Shown piece after piece: positions 12,865 through 26,930 of a stretch of 64,000 nucleotides of DNA. The notes beneath the pieces were generated by a model. The model was not told the origin of the DNA and ran no database searches. It worked only from the letters and a program-made list of their open reading frames with translations. The translations under genes and the position numbers were made by a program. Where the stretch lies: contig NC_043025.1 of NCBI RefSeq assembly GCF_006345805.1, positions 7,936,001-8,000,000 of the forward strand, written 5' to 3'. The stretch is from Octopus sinensis. Lineage: Eukaryota. The first letter of the stretch is position 1. Each line of letters starts with the position of its first letter.

Positions 12865-14770
12865 ATATATATATATGTGTGTATATATGTATATGTGTAT
12901 ATGTATATGTGTATATGTATATATGTATATGTATATATGTGTATATGTATATATATGTATATATGTGTATATGTATATGTGTATATGTATATATGTGTAT
13001 ATGTATATGTGTATATGTATATATGTGTATATGTATATGTGTATATGTGTATATGTATATGTGTATATGTATATGTGTATATGTGTATATGTGTATATGT
13101 GTATATGTATATGTATATATGTGTATATGTATATATATGTATATATGTGTATATGTATATGTGTATATGTATATATGTGTATATGTATATGTGTATATGT
13201 GTATATGTATATGTGTATATGTGTATATGTATATATATGTATATATGTGTATATGTATATGTGTATATGTGTATATGTATATGTGTATGTGTATATATAT
13301 GTATATATGTGTATATGTATATGTGTATATGTGTATATGTATATGTGTATATGTGTATATGTGTATGTGTATATATATGTATATATGTGTATATGTATAT
13401 ATGTATATGTATATATGTGTATATGTATATGTATATATGTGTATATGTATATATATGTATATATGTGTATATGTATATATGTATATGTGTATATGTATAT
13501 ATGTATACGTATATATGTGTATATGTATATGTATATATGTGTATATGTATATGTATATATGTGTATATGTATATATATGTATATATGTGTATATGTGTAT
13601 ATGTATATGTATATATGTGTATATGTATATATATGTATATATGTGTATATGTATATATGTATATGTATATATGTGTATATGTATATGTGTATATGTGTAT
13701 ATGTATATGTGTATATGTGTATATGTGTATATGTATATATGTGTATATGTGTATATGTGTATATGTATATATGTGTATATGTATATATGTGTATGTATAT
13801 ATGTATATGTATATATGTGTATGTATATATGTATATGTATGTGTATATGTGTGTATGTATATATGTATATGTGTATATGTATATATGTATATGTATATAT
13901 GTATATGTGTATATGTATATGTGTATATGTATATATGTGTATATGTATATATATATATGTGTATATGTATATATGTATATATGTATATATGTATATATGT
14001 ATATATGTGTATATGTATATATGTGTATATGTATATATGTGTATATGTATATATGTGTATATGTATATATGTGTATATGTATATGTATATATGTGTATAT
14101 GTATGTATATGTATGTATATGTGTATATGTATATATGTATATGTATATATGTATATATGTATATGTATATATGTATCTGTATATATATCTGTATATATAT
14201 GTGTATATATATCTGTATATATATGTGTGTATATATATATGTGTGTATATATATATATGTGTGTATAATATATATGTGTGTATATATATATATGTGTGTA
14301 TATATATGTGGGTATATATACGTGTGTGTATATATACATGTGTGTGTATATATATGTGGGTATATATACGTGTGTGTATATATACATGTGTGTATATATA
14401 TATATGAGTGTATATATATATATATGTGTGTATATATATATATCTAGTGGTATATATATATATGTGTATATATATATATGTGTATATATATATATGTGTA
14501 TATATATGTGTATATATATATATGTGTGTATATATATATGTGTATATATATATGTGTGTATATATATATGTGTATATATATGTATGTGTATATATATGTA
14601 TGTATATATATATGTATATATATGTATATATGTATGTATAAGTATGCATGTATGTTTCCACCTGCCTTCGTCTTTTGTTTATTTTCATAAAGCTTCCCGT
14701 TATATATATATATATGTATATATATATATGCGTGTGCATATATGTGTATTTATATGTATATATATACATA
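12865..14770. repeat. ~1.9-kb (TA)/(TG) microsatellite with GTATAT periodicity
   Basis: Visible directly. Confidence 0.97.
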
Positions 14771-14870
14771 AAAGTGAGAATGTGTGTCTGTCTGTCTGTG
14801 TGTGTCTGTCTGTCTACACAACCAATTTCATTCAAATTTTACACATGCGTTACTTAAGATCCGGGGTGTG
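14760..14870 (+). mobile_element. Possible Helitron 5' terminus
   Basis: TACATAAAAGTGAGAATGTGTGTCTGTC resembles the 5' end of the 30758-31143 element. Confidence 0.3.
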
Positions 14871-15164
14871 ACATCGGCAAAAAAATGCTAACTTTTTGCC
14901 TAGGGCTACCCCACAGCAATATCATATCCTCTCCACTACTTCAGTATTACGTGTTAAAAGTGAAACAAAAACATCTCTCTATTGTAATGCAGACACTTTC
15001 ATTATAATACCGAAACTATTAAAATGAAAGTATTATATAACAGGGATGAACCATTAATAGTGGTCATCCTTATTGCTAGAAGAAGATCCGCTGTGGTCTT
15101 ATATGCTACACCACTGGTTTTCAATTCATATTAATCAAATTAATATTCAATTTTTCACCCTTAT

Positions 15165-15217
<53 letters not shown>

Positions 15218-15780
15218 GCAACTCGTATATAATTGCATCAATGACTTGAACTTGAATAAGTGGTTTCACATAAATGGGGATACATTAAAAAGGTTTGTTG
15301 TTATTATTATTACTGTTTGACTATTGTAGTCACGTTTGTTGGTTCCTCGTCAGGGAAACGTTGTTGTGTTGCATTTGTTAAATAATTGTAAACCGTAACC
15401 CTCCCCCTTTCGGTGAAGGGGCTTTGGTCATTGTTTAAAAATTGAATTGTGTCCCTGTTTGGGAAAATTGACAATACTTTCACCGTCTTTACGGAAGCAT
15501 TTTTGTTAAAATGCCTTCGATAGAAGAAAGTCCAAAAATGAATTTCGCTGCAGCCGTACACAAGAGGGAGGACAAGATCCAATTGATCGAAATTGCAAGA
15601 GACGGGCCTACAATTCCAGTCTGTTATATATTTTGAGTATTGCTATCACTAGCGATATCAAGATATAACTTTGTATTTTGTATTTTATGTGTAGATGTCT
15701 ATATATAGATGTACATGTAATATGTACACATATATACACACATATATTCATGCATAATATATCTACCCATACACACATAT

Positions 15781-15817
<37 letters not shown>

Positions 15818-15999
15818 TAGGGGCAGGTGTGGCTGTGTGGTAACAAACTACGTTCCAAACGCATGGTCCTGGGTTCAGTCCCACTGTGTGGTGACTTGGC
15901 ACGTGTCTTCTGCTGTAGCCTCAGACCAACAAAAGCCTTCTCAGTGGATTTTGTACATATATACAGACATACATACTTATACATGCATACGTACATATT

Positions 16000-17090
16000 C
16001 GGCATAAACACTCTACCACTACAACTAATAACTGTTGGGAACACTTTCAAACCTGCCTTACATTCGAACCGGAATCTCAACGCCCGAGTTTTCCATCTGA
16101 AGTTAATCTCTCTCATCGAGCTCATACAAAAAGGGCAAGTCTTTGGGCCCATACAATGTGACATGTACACAATCGAGTGGCAAAAAAGGAGCCTTCCACA
16201 TGCTCATATCCTGCTTTGGCTCTCAGAGAAGATCAATTCCAATGACATCGACAAGATATTCTCTGCAGAGCTTCTTGATCCAGCTTTAGCAAACATGGTA
16301 CACCATGCTTGAAGGACAGCATATGTTCAAAAAGATTTCCAAGGAGGTTCCTACAAGAAACTCAGACAGGTGCTGATGGGTATCCGTCATACAGACGCAG
16401 AAAACCAGAAGACGGAGGTTTCACAGCAACTATCGGACAGCACGATATTGATAATAGATGGATTGTTTCATACTGCACTTTCCTGTCAAAGAGTTTCAAT
16501 GCCTACATCAACGTGTAGTTTTGCAACTCCGTTAAATCCATCAAGTACGTTTGCAAATATGTAAACAAGGGTTCTGACGCTGCAATGTTTGGACTTGAAC
16601 AAGAATACTGCCAGGATGAGGTGACGCATTATCAGGTGGGACGGTACATAAGTAGCAACGAGGCTTACTGGAGCATCTTTTGCTTTCCAATTCACCAACG
16701 ACACCCCGCCATTCAACAGCTTGCAGTGCACCTGGAAAATGGTCAAAGAGTGTACTTCACCGATGCTAATGCTTCTCTGTTGGCAGAGGAACTAAGGGAT
16801 AGTACACTCACTGCATTCTTCAAGCTTTGTCAAGTGGATCCATTCGCTCAAACCTTGCTGTATCCACAGATTCGATCGTACTACACTTGGAATGGAAAAA
16901 AATGGGCCCCACGGAAAGCAGGTCAAAATGTTAATGGATACCCTGGCATTAAGTTTCACACTTGCCTTGGGCGAGTATACATAGTGCATCCCACTCAACA
17001 AGAGTGCTTCTACCTCCGTCTACTACTGCATGAGGTCAGAGGGCCAACGTCTTTCCAGGCCCTAAAAACCGTTCATGGACATGTCTGGTG
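16000..17090 (+). mobile_element. Helitron RepHel pseudogene, Rep (HUH) domain
   Basis: ARVFHLKL, YTIEWQKRSLPHAHILLWL, GYPSYRRR, DNRWIV, KYVCKYVNKG, GRYISSNEA, LAVHLENGQ and ECFYLRLLL. Frameshifts and deletions present. Confidence 0.9.
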
Positions 17091-17787
17091 CTGGTGGTTG
17101 TCGTGGTGGTGGTGGTGGTGGTGGTGATGGTGGGTGTGGTGGTGGTGATAGTGGTGATGATGGTGGTGGTCGTCGTGGTGGTCTTCCTTCGTGGTGGTGG
17201 TGGTGGTGGTGATGGTGGTGATGGTGGTGGTGGTGGTCGTAGTGGTGGTGGTCATGGTTGTGGTCATGATGGTAGTGGTGATGGTGGTGGTGGTGGTCAT
17301 GGTGGTAGTGATGGTGTGGTGGTTGGTGGTGGTGGTGTTTGTGGCAGAGTTGTCCTTTGACTGTGAAGCTGTCGTCTGGGTTCTTCCAATTTTTGTCGGT
17401 GGCGATGTCGGCGTCCATGCTCGCACCTTCTTTCCCTCCTTCATGAAGCTGTGGGGAAGGCAGGGTAGGGAAATCAACGTCGTAAGCGTTGTCAAGGAGA
17501 CCAGCCTTCTTTTAGAACGACGGCTTCATGGCTTTGAAGTCGCCAAAACAGAAATGGCTAAGAAAGGCGAAAGCAAATTCTACAAAATCGGGAAACACGC
17601 CACACAGGGAAGGTTTCCCGTGCAAAGAATTTGCACAACCGGATGCTTTAGTTGCTGCCCAACTTTTACATAAAAAATATTATCCGAACACAAACTTTTG
17701 AAGGCAATAAAAAGGCAAACTTGAAGACAATATTGTATGGCGATGGTACTTGTGAAATATGGTAATAGATTTAGTAGCCAAAAGGAG

Positions 17788-18023
17788 AGCGCGGCGAGCT
17801 GGCAGAATCGTTAGCACGCCGGGCGAAATGCTTAGCAGTATTTCGTCTGCCGCTACGTTCTGAGTTCAAATACCGCCGAGGTCGACTTTGCCTTTCATAC
17901 TTTCGGGGTCGATTAAATAAGTACCAGTTACGCACTGGGGTCGATATAATCGACTTTATCCGTTTGTCTGTCCTTGTTTGTCCTCTCTGCGTTTAGCCCC
18001 TTGTGGGAAGTAAAGAAATAGGT
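17788..18023 (+). mobile_element. tRNA-derived SINE family C. Others: 1895-2700, 22690-23190, 29425-29820, 37450-37805, 42945-44270, 47602-48010, 62878-63164
   Basis: GGCGAGCTGGCAGAA head, GTTCAAATTCC B box and conserved GTCGACTTTGCCTTTCATCCTTTCGGGGTCGAT body; the body is often tandem. Confidence 0.85.
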
Positions 18024-19043
18024 ATAGTGTGGTGTTGGTGGTCATGGTGGTAGTGGTCATGGTGGTGGTGGTGATGGTGGTGGTCATGGTGGTAGTGGTG
18101 ATGATGGTCGTGGTGATGGTGGTGATGGTGGTGGTGGTCATGGTGGTAGTGGTGATGATGGTCGTGGTGATGGTGGTGATGCTGGTGGTGGTAGTGGTGA
18201 TGATGGTCGTGGTGATGGTGGTGATGGTCGTGGTGATGGTGGTGGTAGTCATGGTGGTAGTGATGGTGGTGGTGGTCATGGTGGTAGTGGTGATGATGGT
18301 CGTGGTGATGGTGGTGATGGTCGTGGTGATGGTGGTGGTAGTCATGGTGGTAGTGGTGGTGGTGGTGGTCATGGTGGTCGTGGTGATGGTGGTGGTGGTG
18401 GTCATGATGGTAGTGGTGGTGGTGGTCATGGTGGTAGTGGTACTGGTGCTGGTGGCGGCGGTGGTGGTGGTGGCGGAGTTGGCGTCCAAGCTCACACCTG
18501 CACCTGTGTTGCTCCTCCCCTTCTTTCCCTCCTTCATGAAGCTGTGGGGAAGGCAGGGTAGGGAAATCAACGTCGTAAGCGTTGTCAAGGAGACCAGCCT
18601 TCTTTTAGAACGACGGCTTCATGGCTTTGAAGTCGCCAAAACAGAAATGGCTAAGAAAGGCGAAAGCAAATTCTACAAAATCGGGAAACACGCCACACAG
18701 GGAAGGTTTCCCGTGCAAAGAATTTGCACAACCGGATGCTTTAGTTGTTACATAACTTTTACATAAAAAATATTATCCAAACACAAACTTTTGAAGTTTA
18801 GTATTGTCTTTTTTTTTATTACTAACACTTGTGTAAAATTGGATTTGTTTTCGGTGGTAGTGTTGGTGGTAGTGTTGGTGTCACTTGTAGTGGTTGAGGT
18901 TGTAGTAGTGGTGTTGTTGTTGGCAGTTATGGTAGACGGCAAAACGACGATATCGTTGTTGCTGTTGTTGTTGGTGTTGGTGTTGGTGTTGTTGTTGTTG
19001 GTGGTGGTGGTAATGGTGACGGTGGTGGTGGTGGTGGTGGTGG

Positions 19044-19507
19044 AATTTCTCAATTCACTGGAGCCTCTTGGACTACCTCCACACATATTAGCACTTAAAT
19101 TTGGAACTCCTGTAATGCTACTCCGCAATCTGGAACCACCAAGACTTTGCAATGGAACACGACTGGTGATTAAGAAAATGATGTCACACGTTATCGAGGC
19201 GATCATTCTTTCTGGATATGGAAAAGGTGATGACGTCTTTATTCCAAGAATTCCTCTTACTCCATCAGGAGCAGAAATTCCATTTAAATTCAGAAGACTG
19301 CAATTCCCCCTTCGTGTCAGCTTTGCCATGTCCATTAACAAATCTCAGGGTCAAACCCTCTCTGTAGCTGGTCTTCTCTTGGAAGAGCCCTGCTTCTCGC
19401 ATGGGCAACTGTATGTTGGCCGCTCAAGAGTAGGAACCAAAAGAAACCTTTTTGTATATGCTCCACAAGGAAAAACAAGGAACATTGTTTACAACGAGGT
19501 GTTATAA
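19044..19507 (+). mobile_element. Helitron RepHel pseudogene, PIF1-like helicase C-terminus
   Basis: [63 protein letters not shown], then stop. Confidence 0.92.
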
Positions 19508-19589
19508 TCTCAACGGCCAGGGGGTATATACATGATCCCTTTTTTTTAACAAACTTCATGTATTTTCATGTATTTATATTAATATACAT

Positions 19590-20675
19590 ATATATATGTG
19601 TGTGTGTGTGTGTTTGTGTGTGTGTGTGCGGTAATGTGTGTGTATGTGTGTGCGGTGTGTGTGTGTATGTGTGTGCGGTAGTGTGTGTGCGCGGTAGTGT
19701 GTATGTGTGTGCGGTAGTGTGTGTGCGCGGTAGTGTGTGTGAGTGTGCGGTAGTGTGTGTGTATGTGTGTGCAGTAGTGTGTGTGTGTGTATGTGTGCGC
19801 GGTAGTGTGTGTGTGTGTATGTGTGCGCGGTAGTGTGTGTGTGTGTATGTGCGTGCGGTAGTGTGTGTGTGTGTGTGTGTGCGGTAGTGTGTGGTGTGTG
19901 TGTGTGTGTGTGCGGTAGTGTGTGTTTGTGTGTGCGGTAGTGTGTGTGTGTGTTTGTGTGCGGTAGTGTGTGTGCGTGCGGTAGTGTGTGTGTGTGTGTA
20001 TGTGCGTGCAGTAGTGTGTGTGTGTATGTGCGTATGTATGTGTATGTGTGTGCAGTAGTGTGTGTGTGTGTATGTGTGTGTGCGGCAGTGTGTGTATGTG
20101 TGTGCGCGATAGTGTGTGTGTGTGCGCGGTAGTGTGTGTGTGTGTGCGGTAGTGTGTGTATGTGTGTGAGTGTGCGGTAGTGTGTGTGTGTATGTGTGTG
20201 CAGTAATGTGTGTGCAGTAGTGTGTGTATGTGTATGTGTGTGCGTGTGCGGTAGTGTGTATGCGTGTGGCGAGAGTAAGAAGGGGTCAGAAAAAGAAGGT
20301 AGGTAGGGAGTTGGGACGGTGGTGCCGAGGGGCGGAGGGGGTACCGTGTGGGGGCTGTTTGTAGATCAACACACAGGTGTCAAACATAATTGACCATACG
20401 ACAACAGATTGAATTAGCGGTGGGGGTCGTGGTGGGACTGGTGGTAGTGGTGGTGGTAGGTTGTGGAAAGCAGTGGTGGGGATGGTGCTCTTTGTAATAA
20501 TAGAGGCGGTGGTGGTGGTGGTGGTGACGGCAGCCCTGCTGCAGGTAAACCGATTTGCACACGCATACAAATGTACACACACGTACACACACAATCACAC
20601 ACACACAGCTACAAGCACACACAGTTACACATACATACACGAAGATAGTTTGATAAAGAGAGAGATAGATATGCT

Positions 20676-20706
<31 letters not shown>

Positions 20707-21068
20707 ATATATATATATATGTGTGTGTGTATATATATATATATATGTGTGTGTGTATATATATATATATATGTGTGTGTATATATATATATGTGTGTGT
20801 GTGTATATATATATATGTGTGTGTGTGTATATATATATATGTGTGTGTGTATATATATATATATGTGTGTGTGTTATATATATATGTTTGTGTGTGTTAT
20901 ATATATATATATGTGTGTGTATATATATATGTGTGTGTGTGTGTATATATATATATGTGTGTGTGTGTGTATATATATATATGTTTGTTTGTGTGTATAT
21001 ATATATGTTTGTGTGTGTGTTTGTGTGTATATATATATGTTTGTGTGTGTGTGTATATATATATATGT

Positions 21069-21100
<32 letters not shown>

Positions 21101-21102
21101 GT

Positions 21103-21136
<34 letters not shown>

Positions 21137-21370
21137 GTTTGTGTGTGTGTGTATATATATATATGTATATATATATACGTGCGTGTTTGTTTAGGTGTGT
21201 GTATGTCTATGTAGCTGTGTGTGTGTGTGTGTGTGTGTGTATATCTGTGTATATCTGTGTATGTGTTTGTGTAGGTGTGTGTGTCTGTTGGTGTGTATGT
21301 GTGCATCTTTCTAGGTGGATGTGTGTGTGTAAGTGTGTGTATGTATGTGTGTATGTAGCAGCGTGTGTGT
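19590..21370. repeat. (TG)n fields with recurring GCGGTA spacers, then alternating (TG)/(TA)
   Basis: Visible directly. Confidence 0.95.
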
Positions 21371-21589
21371 GTGATACGCATGTCCACGGACAATATATAC
21401 ATCCGAGTGTCTCGCCAAACTGTCGTCAGTAATATATTTCACAGACACTGTAAAATTATACATACATTGCCAAATTATATATACATAGTGATATAAACAC
21501 ATATATACATACATAGATGCGTACGGAGACACATAACTGTAATACTATATAATATACGATACGAATATATTACTGTGTGTGTCTGCGTG

Positions 21590-21662
<73 letters not shown>

Positions 21663-21713
21663 AAGTATGATATATATGTGTGTGTGTCCGTGTCCAAGTA
21701 TGATATGTGTGTG

Positions 21714-21747
<34 letters not shown>

Positions 21748-21884
21748 CACGCGTCATGTTAAAGCGAAAAAATGCGGAAACCACGGCAAATATGTCTTCC
21801 GGGTCCGTGAAGGCATGACGGCCATGCTTCACTGATTAGTCAATTAATGAAAATATCCAGCTGTGAGTGTATATACTTGCATAT

Positions 21885-21951
<67 letters not shown>

Positions 21952-22310
21952 AAACACAAAATGGGACAAGAACTAAAAAACATTTAGAAGACGACACAAA
22001 AACGGAACGGGTCATTCGAAGCCTTCAATCTTCAGTCAAGAACCGGATCATCGTGGCAATTTCGGCTGATTAATCTTGAGATCGCTTCGATCCGGCCAGC
22101 CCCAAGGAAAAACTAAGCTACGAGCATTAGATTTCTTGGAAAAAGGATCGAATGTATACAAAACAGGGACAGAAAAACGGACGATGCCACACGAATATAA
22201 ATACAAAAAACAACAATAGTAATAACAGGACAAAAAACAGCGTATATATATTTATATATACACGCGTGCTCACGTGTATATATATTTATATATACACGCG
22301 TGCTCACGCA

Positions 22311-22410
22311 NNNNNNNNNNNNNNNNNNNNNNNNNNNNNNNNNNNNNNNNNNNNNNNNNNNNNNNNNNNNNNNNNNNNNNNNNNNNNNNNNNNNNNNNNN
22401 NNNNNNNNNN
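22311..22410. other. Assembly gap (100 N)
   Basis: Run of N. Confidence 1.
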
Positions 22411-24669
22411 TATCGACCACGAAAGGATAGAAGAAAAAGCCAACTTTGGAGAAACTTGAAGTCAAAATGTAGACGAATGAAGCGTTGCTAAGCATTTTTC
22501 CCCGGCCGGGGAACCATTCTGCCAGGTCGCCGCCTTGGGCGATATTATCGAGAATAATAAATAATATATGTAGACACATTGTTCCGCCGAGATCAATTTT
22601 GCCTTTCATACTTTCAATATCGATGAAATAAATACCAGTTGATCCCTGGAGATCGATATAATTGACTGGTACTACTTCAGAAGGGTGAAGGTGGCGAGCT
22701 GGCAGAACCGTTAGAACGCCGGGCGAAATGCGTATGCGTTCTGAGTTCAAATTCCGCCGAGGTTGACTTTGCCTTTCATCCTTTCGGGGTCGATAAATTA
22801 AGTACCATTTACGCACTGGGGTCGATATAATCGACTTAATCCGTTTGTCCCCTCTGTGTTTAGCCCCTTGTGGGTAGTAAAGAAATAGGTATTTCGTTTG
22901 CCGTTACGTTCTGAGTTCAAATTTTCGCCGAGGTCGACTTTGCCTTTCATCCTTTCGGGGTCGATTAAATAAGTACCAGTTACGCACTGGGGTCGATATA
23001 ATCGACTTAATCCCTTTGTCGGTCCTTGTTTGTCCCCTCTGTGTTTAGAACACAGAGAGGACAAACAAGGACAGACAAAGGGATTAAGTCGATTATATCG
23101 ACCACAGTGCGTAACTGGTACTTATTTAATCGACCCCGAAAGGATGAAAGGCAAAGTCGACCTCGGCGGAATTTGAACTCAGCACGTAAAGACAGTGTGC
23201 GCACCGGGACCACTGTTCTTAAATAGTACCGACACATTGTTCCGCCGAGATCAACTTTGCCTTCCATACTTTCAATATCGATGAAATAAATACCAGCTGA
23301 TCCCTGGAGATCGATATAATTGACTTACCTCGCTCACCCATAATTGCTGGCTTTCTACCAAAATTTGAAACCAACATTTATACACACACAACACACCAAA
23401 CAGTATCCTTCTACAGACGTTTTCCACCCGTCACCTTCGTCTATTTTTAGGGACCCCATACCACAACATCCGACAGTCTCTTCACATAAACACACTATCT
23501 ATCTATCTGTGGAGGCGCAATGGCCCAGTGGTTAGGGCAGCGGACTCGCGGTCAAAGGATTTTGATTCCCAGACCGGGCGTTGTGAGTGTTTGTTGAGCG
23601 AAAACACCTAAAAGCTCCACGAGGCTCCGGCAGGGGATGGTGGTGATCCCTGCAGTACTCTTTCACCACAACTTTCTCTCACTCTCACTTCCTGTTTGTG
23701 TACCTGTATTTCAAAGGGCCATCCTTGTCACTTCTGTGTCATGTGAATATCCCCGAGATGACCAGTGGTAGGGCAAGCGGACTCGGGGATAGGATCGCGG
23801 TTTCGATTCCCAGACCGGGCGTTGTGAATGTTTATTGAGCGAAAAACCTAAAAGCTCCAGAAGCTCGGCAGGGATGGTGGTGCTCCCTGCTGTACTCTTC
23901 ACCACAAATCTCTCACTCTTACTTCCTGTTTCTGTTGTACCTGTATTTCAAAGGCCAGCCTTGTCACTCTCTGTGTCACGCTGATATCCCCGAGAACTAC
24001 GTTAAGGGTGCACGGGTCTGTGGAGTGCTCAGCCACTTACACGTTAATTTCACGAGCAGGCTGTTCCGTTGATTCGGATCAACCGGAACCCTCATCGTCA
24101 TAACCGACGGAGTGCTTCCCCCCCTATCTATCTATCCACTCAGTCGAAGTCAACTCCGCTCCAATCTGATCTGGCAAAGTTTCTACAGCTGGATGCCCTT
24201 CCTAATGCCAATCGTCTGGCACCTGTGCCGGTGGCACGTAAAAAGTACCCACTACACTCACGGAGTGGTTGGCGTTAGGAAGGGCATCCAGCTGTAGAAA
24301 CACTGCCAGATCTGACTGGGCCTGGTGCAGCCTTCTGGCTTCCCAGACCCCAGTTGAACCGTCCAACCCATGATAGCATGGAAAGCGGATGCTAAACGAT
24401 GATGATGATGATGATGATGATATACATTTCCAACAGGAAACAGTAAAAGATGAGAAAATAGTTGAACATGTGATCTAATACAATTATCTTGGACAGACAA
24501 GATTGAAGTGGCTGTGTGGTAAGTAGCTTGCTTACCAACCACATGGTTCCGGGTTCAGTCCCACTGCGTGGCACCTTGGGCAAGTGTCTTCTACTATAGC
24601 CTCGGGCCGACCAAAGCCTTGTGAGTGGATTTGGTAGATGGAAACTGAAAGAAGCCCGTCGTATATATG

Positions 24670-24718
<49 letters not shown>

Positions 24719-25462
24719 TTGTCTGTGTTTGTCCCCCCCCCTAGCATTGCTTGACAACCGATGCTGGTGTGTTTACGTCCCCGTCACTTAGCGGTTCGGC
24801 AAAAGAGACCGATAGAATAAGTACTGGGCTTACAAAAAAGAATAAGTCCCGGGGTCGATTTGCTCGACTATAAAGGCGGTGCTCCAGCATGGACGCAGTC
24901 AAATGACTGAAACAAGTAAAAGAGTAACAGAGTAAAAGAGTTGTTCATAAAATGTTTTGGACCAGGGTCGGAACCTGCAAAGTGAATTTCATTCCTGCAT
25001 TTACATCTGGGCTGGATGAGCATCTCTGAAGCTACAATCAGCTGAGATCTTTATGAGCTTCCATTTGTGGCTTCTGTACGTCGCTTGCCTCTCGTTTAGT
25101 GAGCTCTTACTTAATCACTGATCCGTGAGTGTCGTATTCAGCAACAGGAAAAGACTCTGGTGTTTCCTGGTGGATATAAAACAGTAATAAAAATATAAAA
25201 AGCTTTCTGGTGTGTGTGTTTCAATTTGATTGGTAGATGATCAGGTGACTGGCCAGTTTCCTCACACATACACACATATATATGTATGTATATATATGTA
25301 TATAAATATATAATATTATATATATATACAATATATATATATATATATATATACACATACATTATATATACATATATATATATATATTTATATACATATA
25401 TATATATACATATATATATAATATATATACACATATATATATACATATATATATATATTTAG

Positions 25463-25494
<32 letters not shown>

Positions 25495-25639
25495 TATATA
25501 TATATATATATATACATATATATTATATATATATAGACAATATATATATATATATATACACACATATATACACACACACATACATATATACATATTTTAT
25601 ATATTATATTATATATATATATAATATATATATATATAT

Positions 25640-25690
<51 letters not shown>

Positions 25691-26127
25691 TACATGTGTA
25701 TATGTATATATCTCTATAAAAAAATATATATACACACACATGCATACCTATCTCTCTCTCCCTATATATATATATATGTGTGTTGTGTGTGTGTGGTGTG
25801 TGTGTATGTATATGTATATTTGTATACACACGCTTTAAAATGTTCTGATTTATTGTTTTAATTTCCTGTTTGTATTTCTGATGATATTGGTCTTGGGAGG
25901 GAGAGGAAAGAATTGTAATTAAAATGTGGAACAATTGGCCCTGAAACCTTACAACGTTGCAACCAGGCACACACACACACACACACGAACAGACAGAGGC
26001 ATGGATACACAGCGAGGAAAAACCTCCAACCAGCCTCACTCCATGTCTATATAATGGGAAACTGAGTTGGTTGTCAGGAGAAACAGAAAATTTTGTGAGA
26101 TGATGATGATGATAATAATAATAATTA

Positions 26128-26930
26128 ATTCTTTTTATTGGTCACAAAGGGCTGACAAATATGATTAGAAAACATAAAGGGACAAAACAGGACAAAAGGT
26201 TTTGTCCGTTTGTGAAAAAATCGTGTAAAAACAATGTAACAATCAAATAATATAACAACGAAAAACTCCCAATAGGGGGAGGCGTTACGAAAGGTTCCTG
26301 GTGGAAAAACCCATAAAAGCCAACGGGAGCCTGGTCAAAAGGGGGGTAGAGAGCCCCTTTCTCCTTTTATAACACCTTTTTCAATTACAGGCGAAACCTG
26401 AGAATTGGTCCATTTATACTGGCCTTTCTTGCACAATTCACCCACCTTTCAGAAAACTTGCTATCGGACAGCACTCTCCTCTCTAACCTCATCTTCCTTT
26501 TCAAGTGAAACTTGAAAAAGTTGATGAGGCCTTGACCAAAGAGGAAAGTGTCTGACTTTAGCCCTTTCAAACAGGTCCACCATACAACCTCTTTCGCCAC
26601 AGCCACTAGGCACAGGAAAACGGCCTCGCCCTCCTTATTAAAGGAGGGGCAATCTTCACTATGGATTCAGCTGATAGACGGATCCGTCCTATATGTGATA
26701 GTAGCTGTTCGACATTAACCCATAGTTCAGCAATGCTCGGGCCTTGGACGAGTGCGTGCAGAACGGTTTCGTCGTCCTGGCAACACCTCGGGTAGGCCCG
26801 GCTGATGGCACTTCCGTGCCGGTAGAGTTTATCTCAAACAGGCAGAGCTCCTCGGTAGCACTGCCAAGCGGGGGACTTTTGGAGATTATCCATTGGCCCC
26901 GGCCCGAAAGTTCTTCCGAACAGACCATAA
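26128..26930 (-). mobile_element. L1/Tx1-clade LINE 3' end (zf-RVT region)
   Basis: WQCYRGALPV*DKLYRHG...PRCCQDDETVLHALV...AELW and AVAKEVVWW. Stop and frameshift present; AATAAA and (ATT)n-like tail. Confidence 0.75.

Noticed and set aside
5404-14871. Long ORFs of 200-670 aa in the supplied track
   Set aside because: They are microsatellite read-through (YI, CV, HT, poly-I/L/Y) with no domain content.
15310-15582. 90-aa ORF and a CTGACGA heptamer
   Set aside because: No recognisable domain or splice support, and no matching GAAA or stem.
17073-19341. Poly-V/T/H ORFs around the Helitron
   Set aside because: They are (GGT)n translations; only the Rep and helicase segments are protein-like.
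22241-22310. 34-bp tandem duplication
   Set aside because: It directly abuts the N gap and is likely a contig-end artefact.
23511-23585. tRNA genes at the SINE heads
   Set aside because: A and B boxes are present, but there is no complete cloverleaf or terminator and each runs into a shared SINE body.
25205-25260. Hammerhead-like CTGATCA...GAAA on the minus strand
   Set aside because: G8 is missing and neither stem I nor stem II forms.
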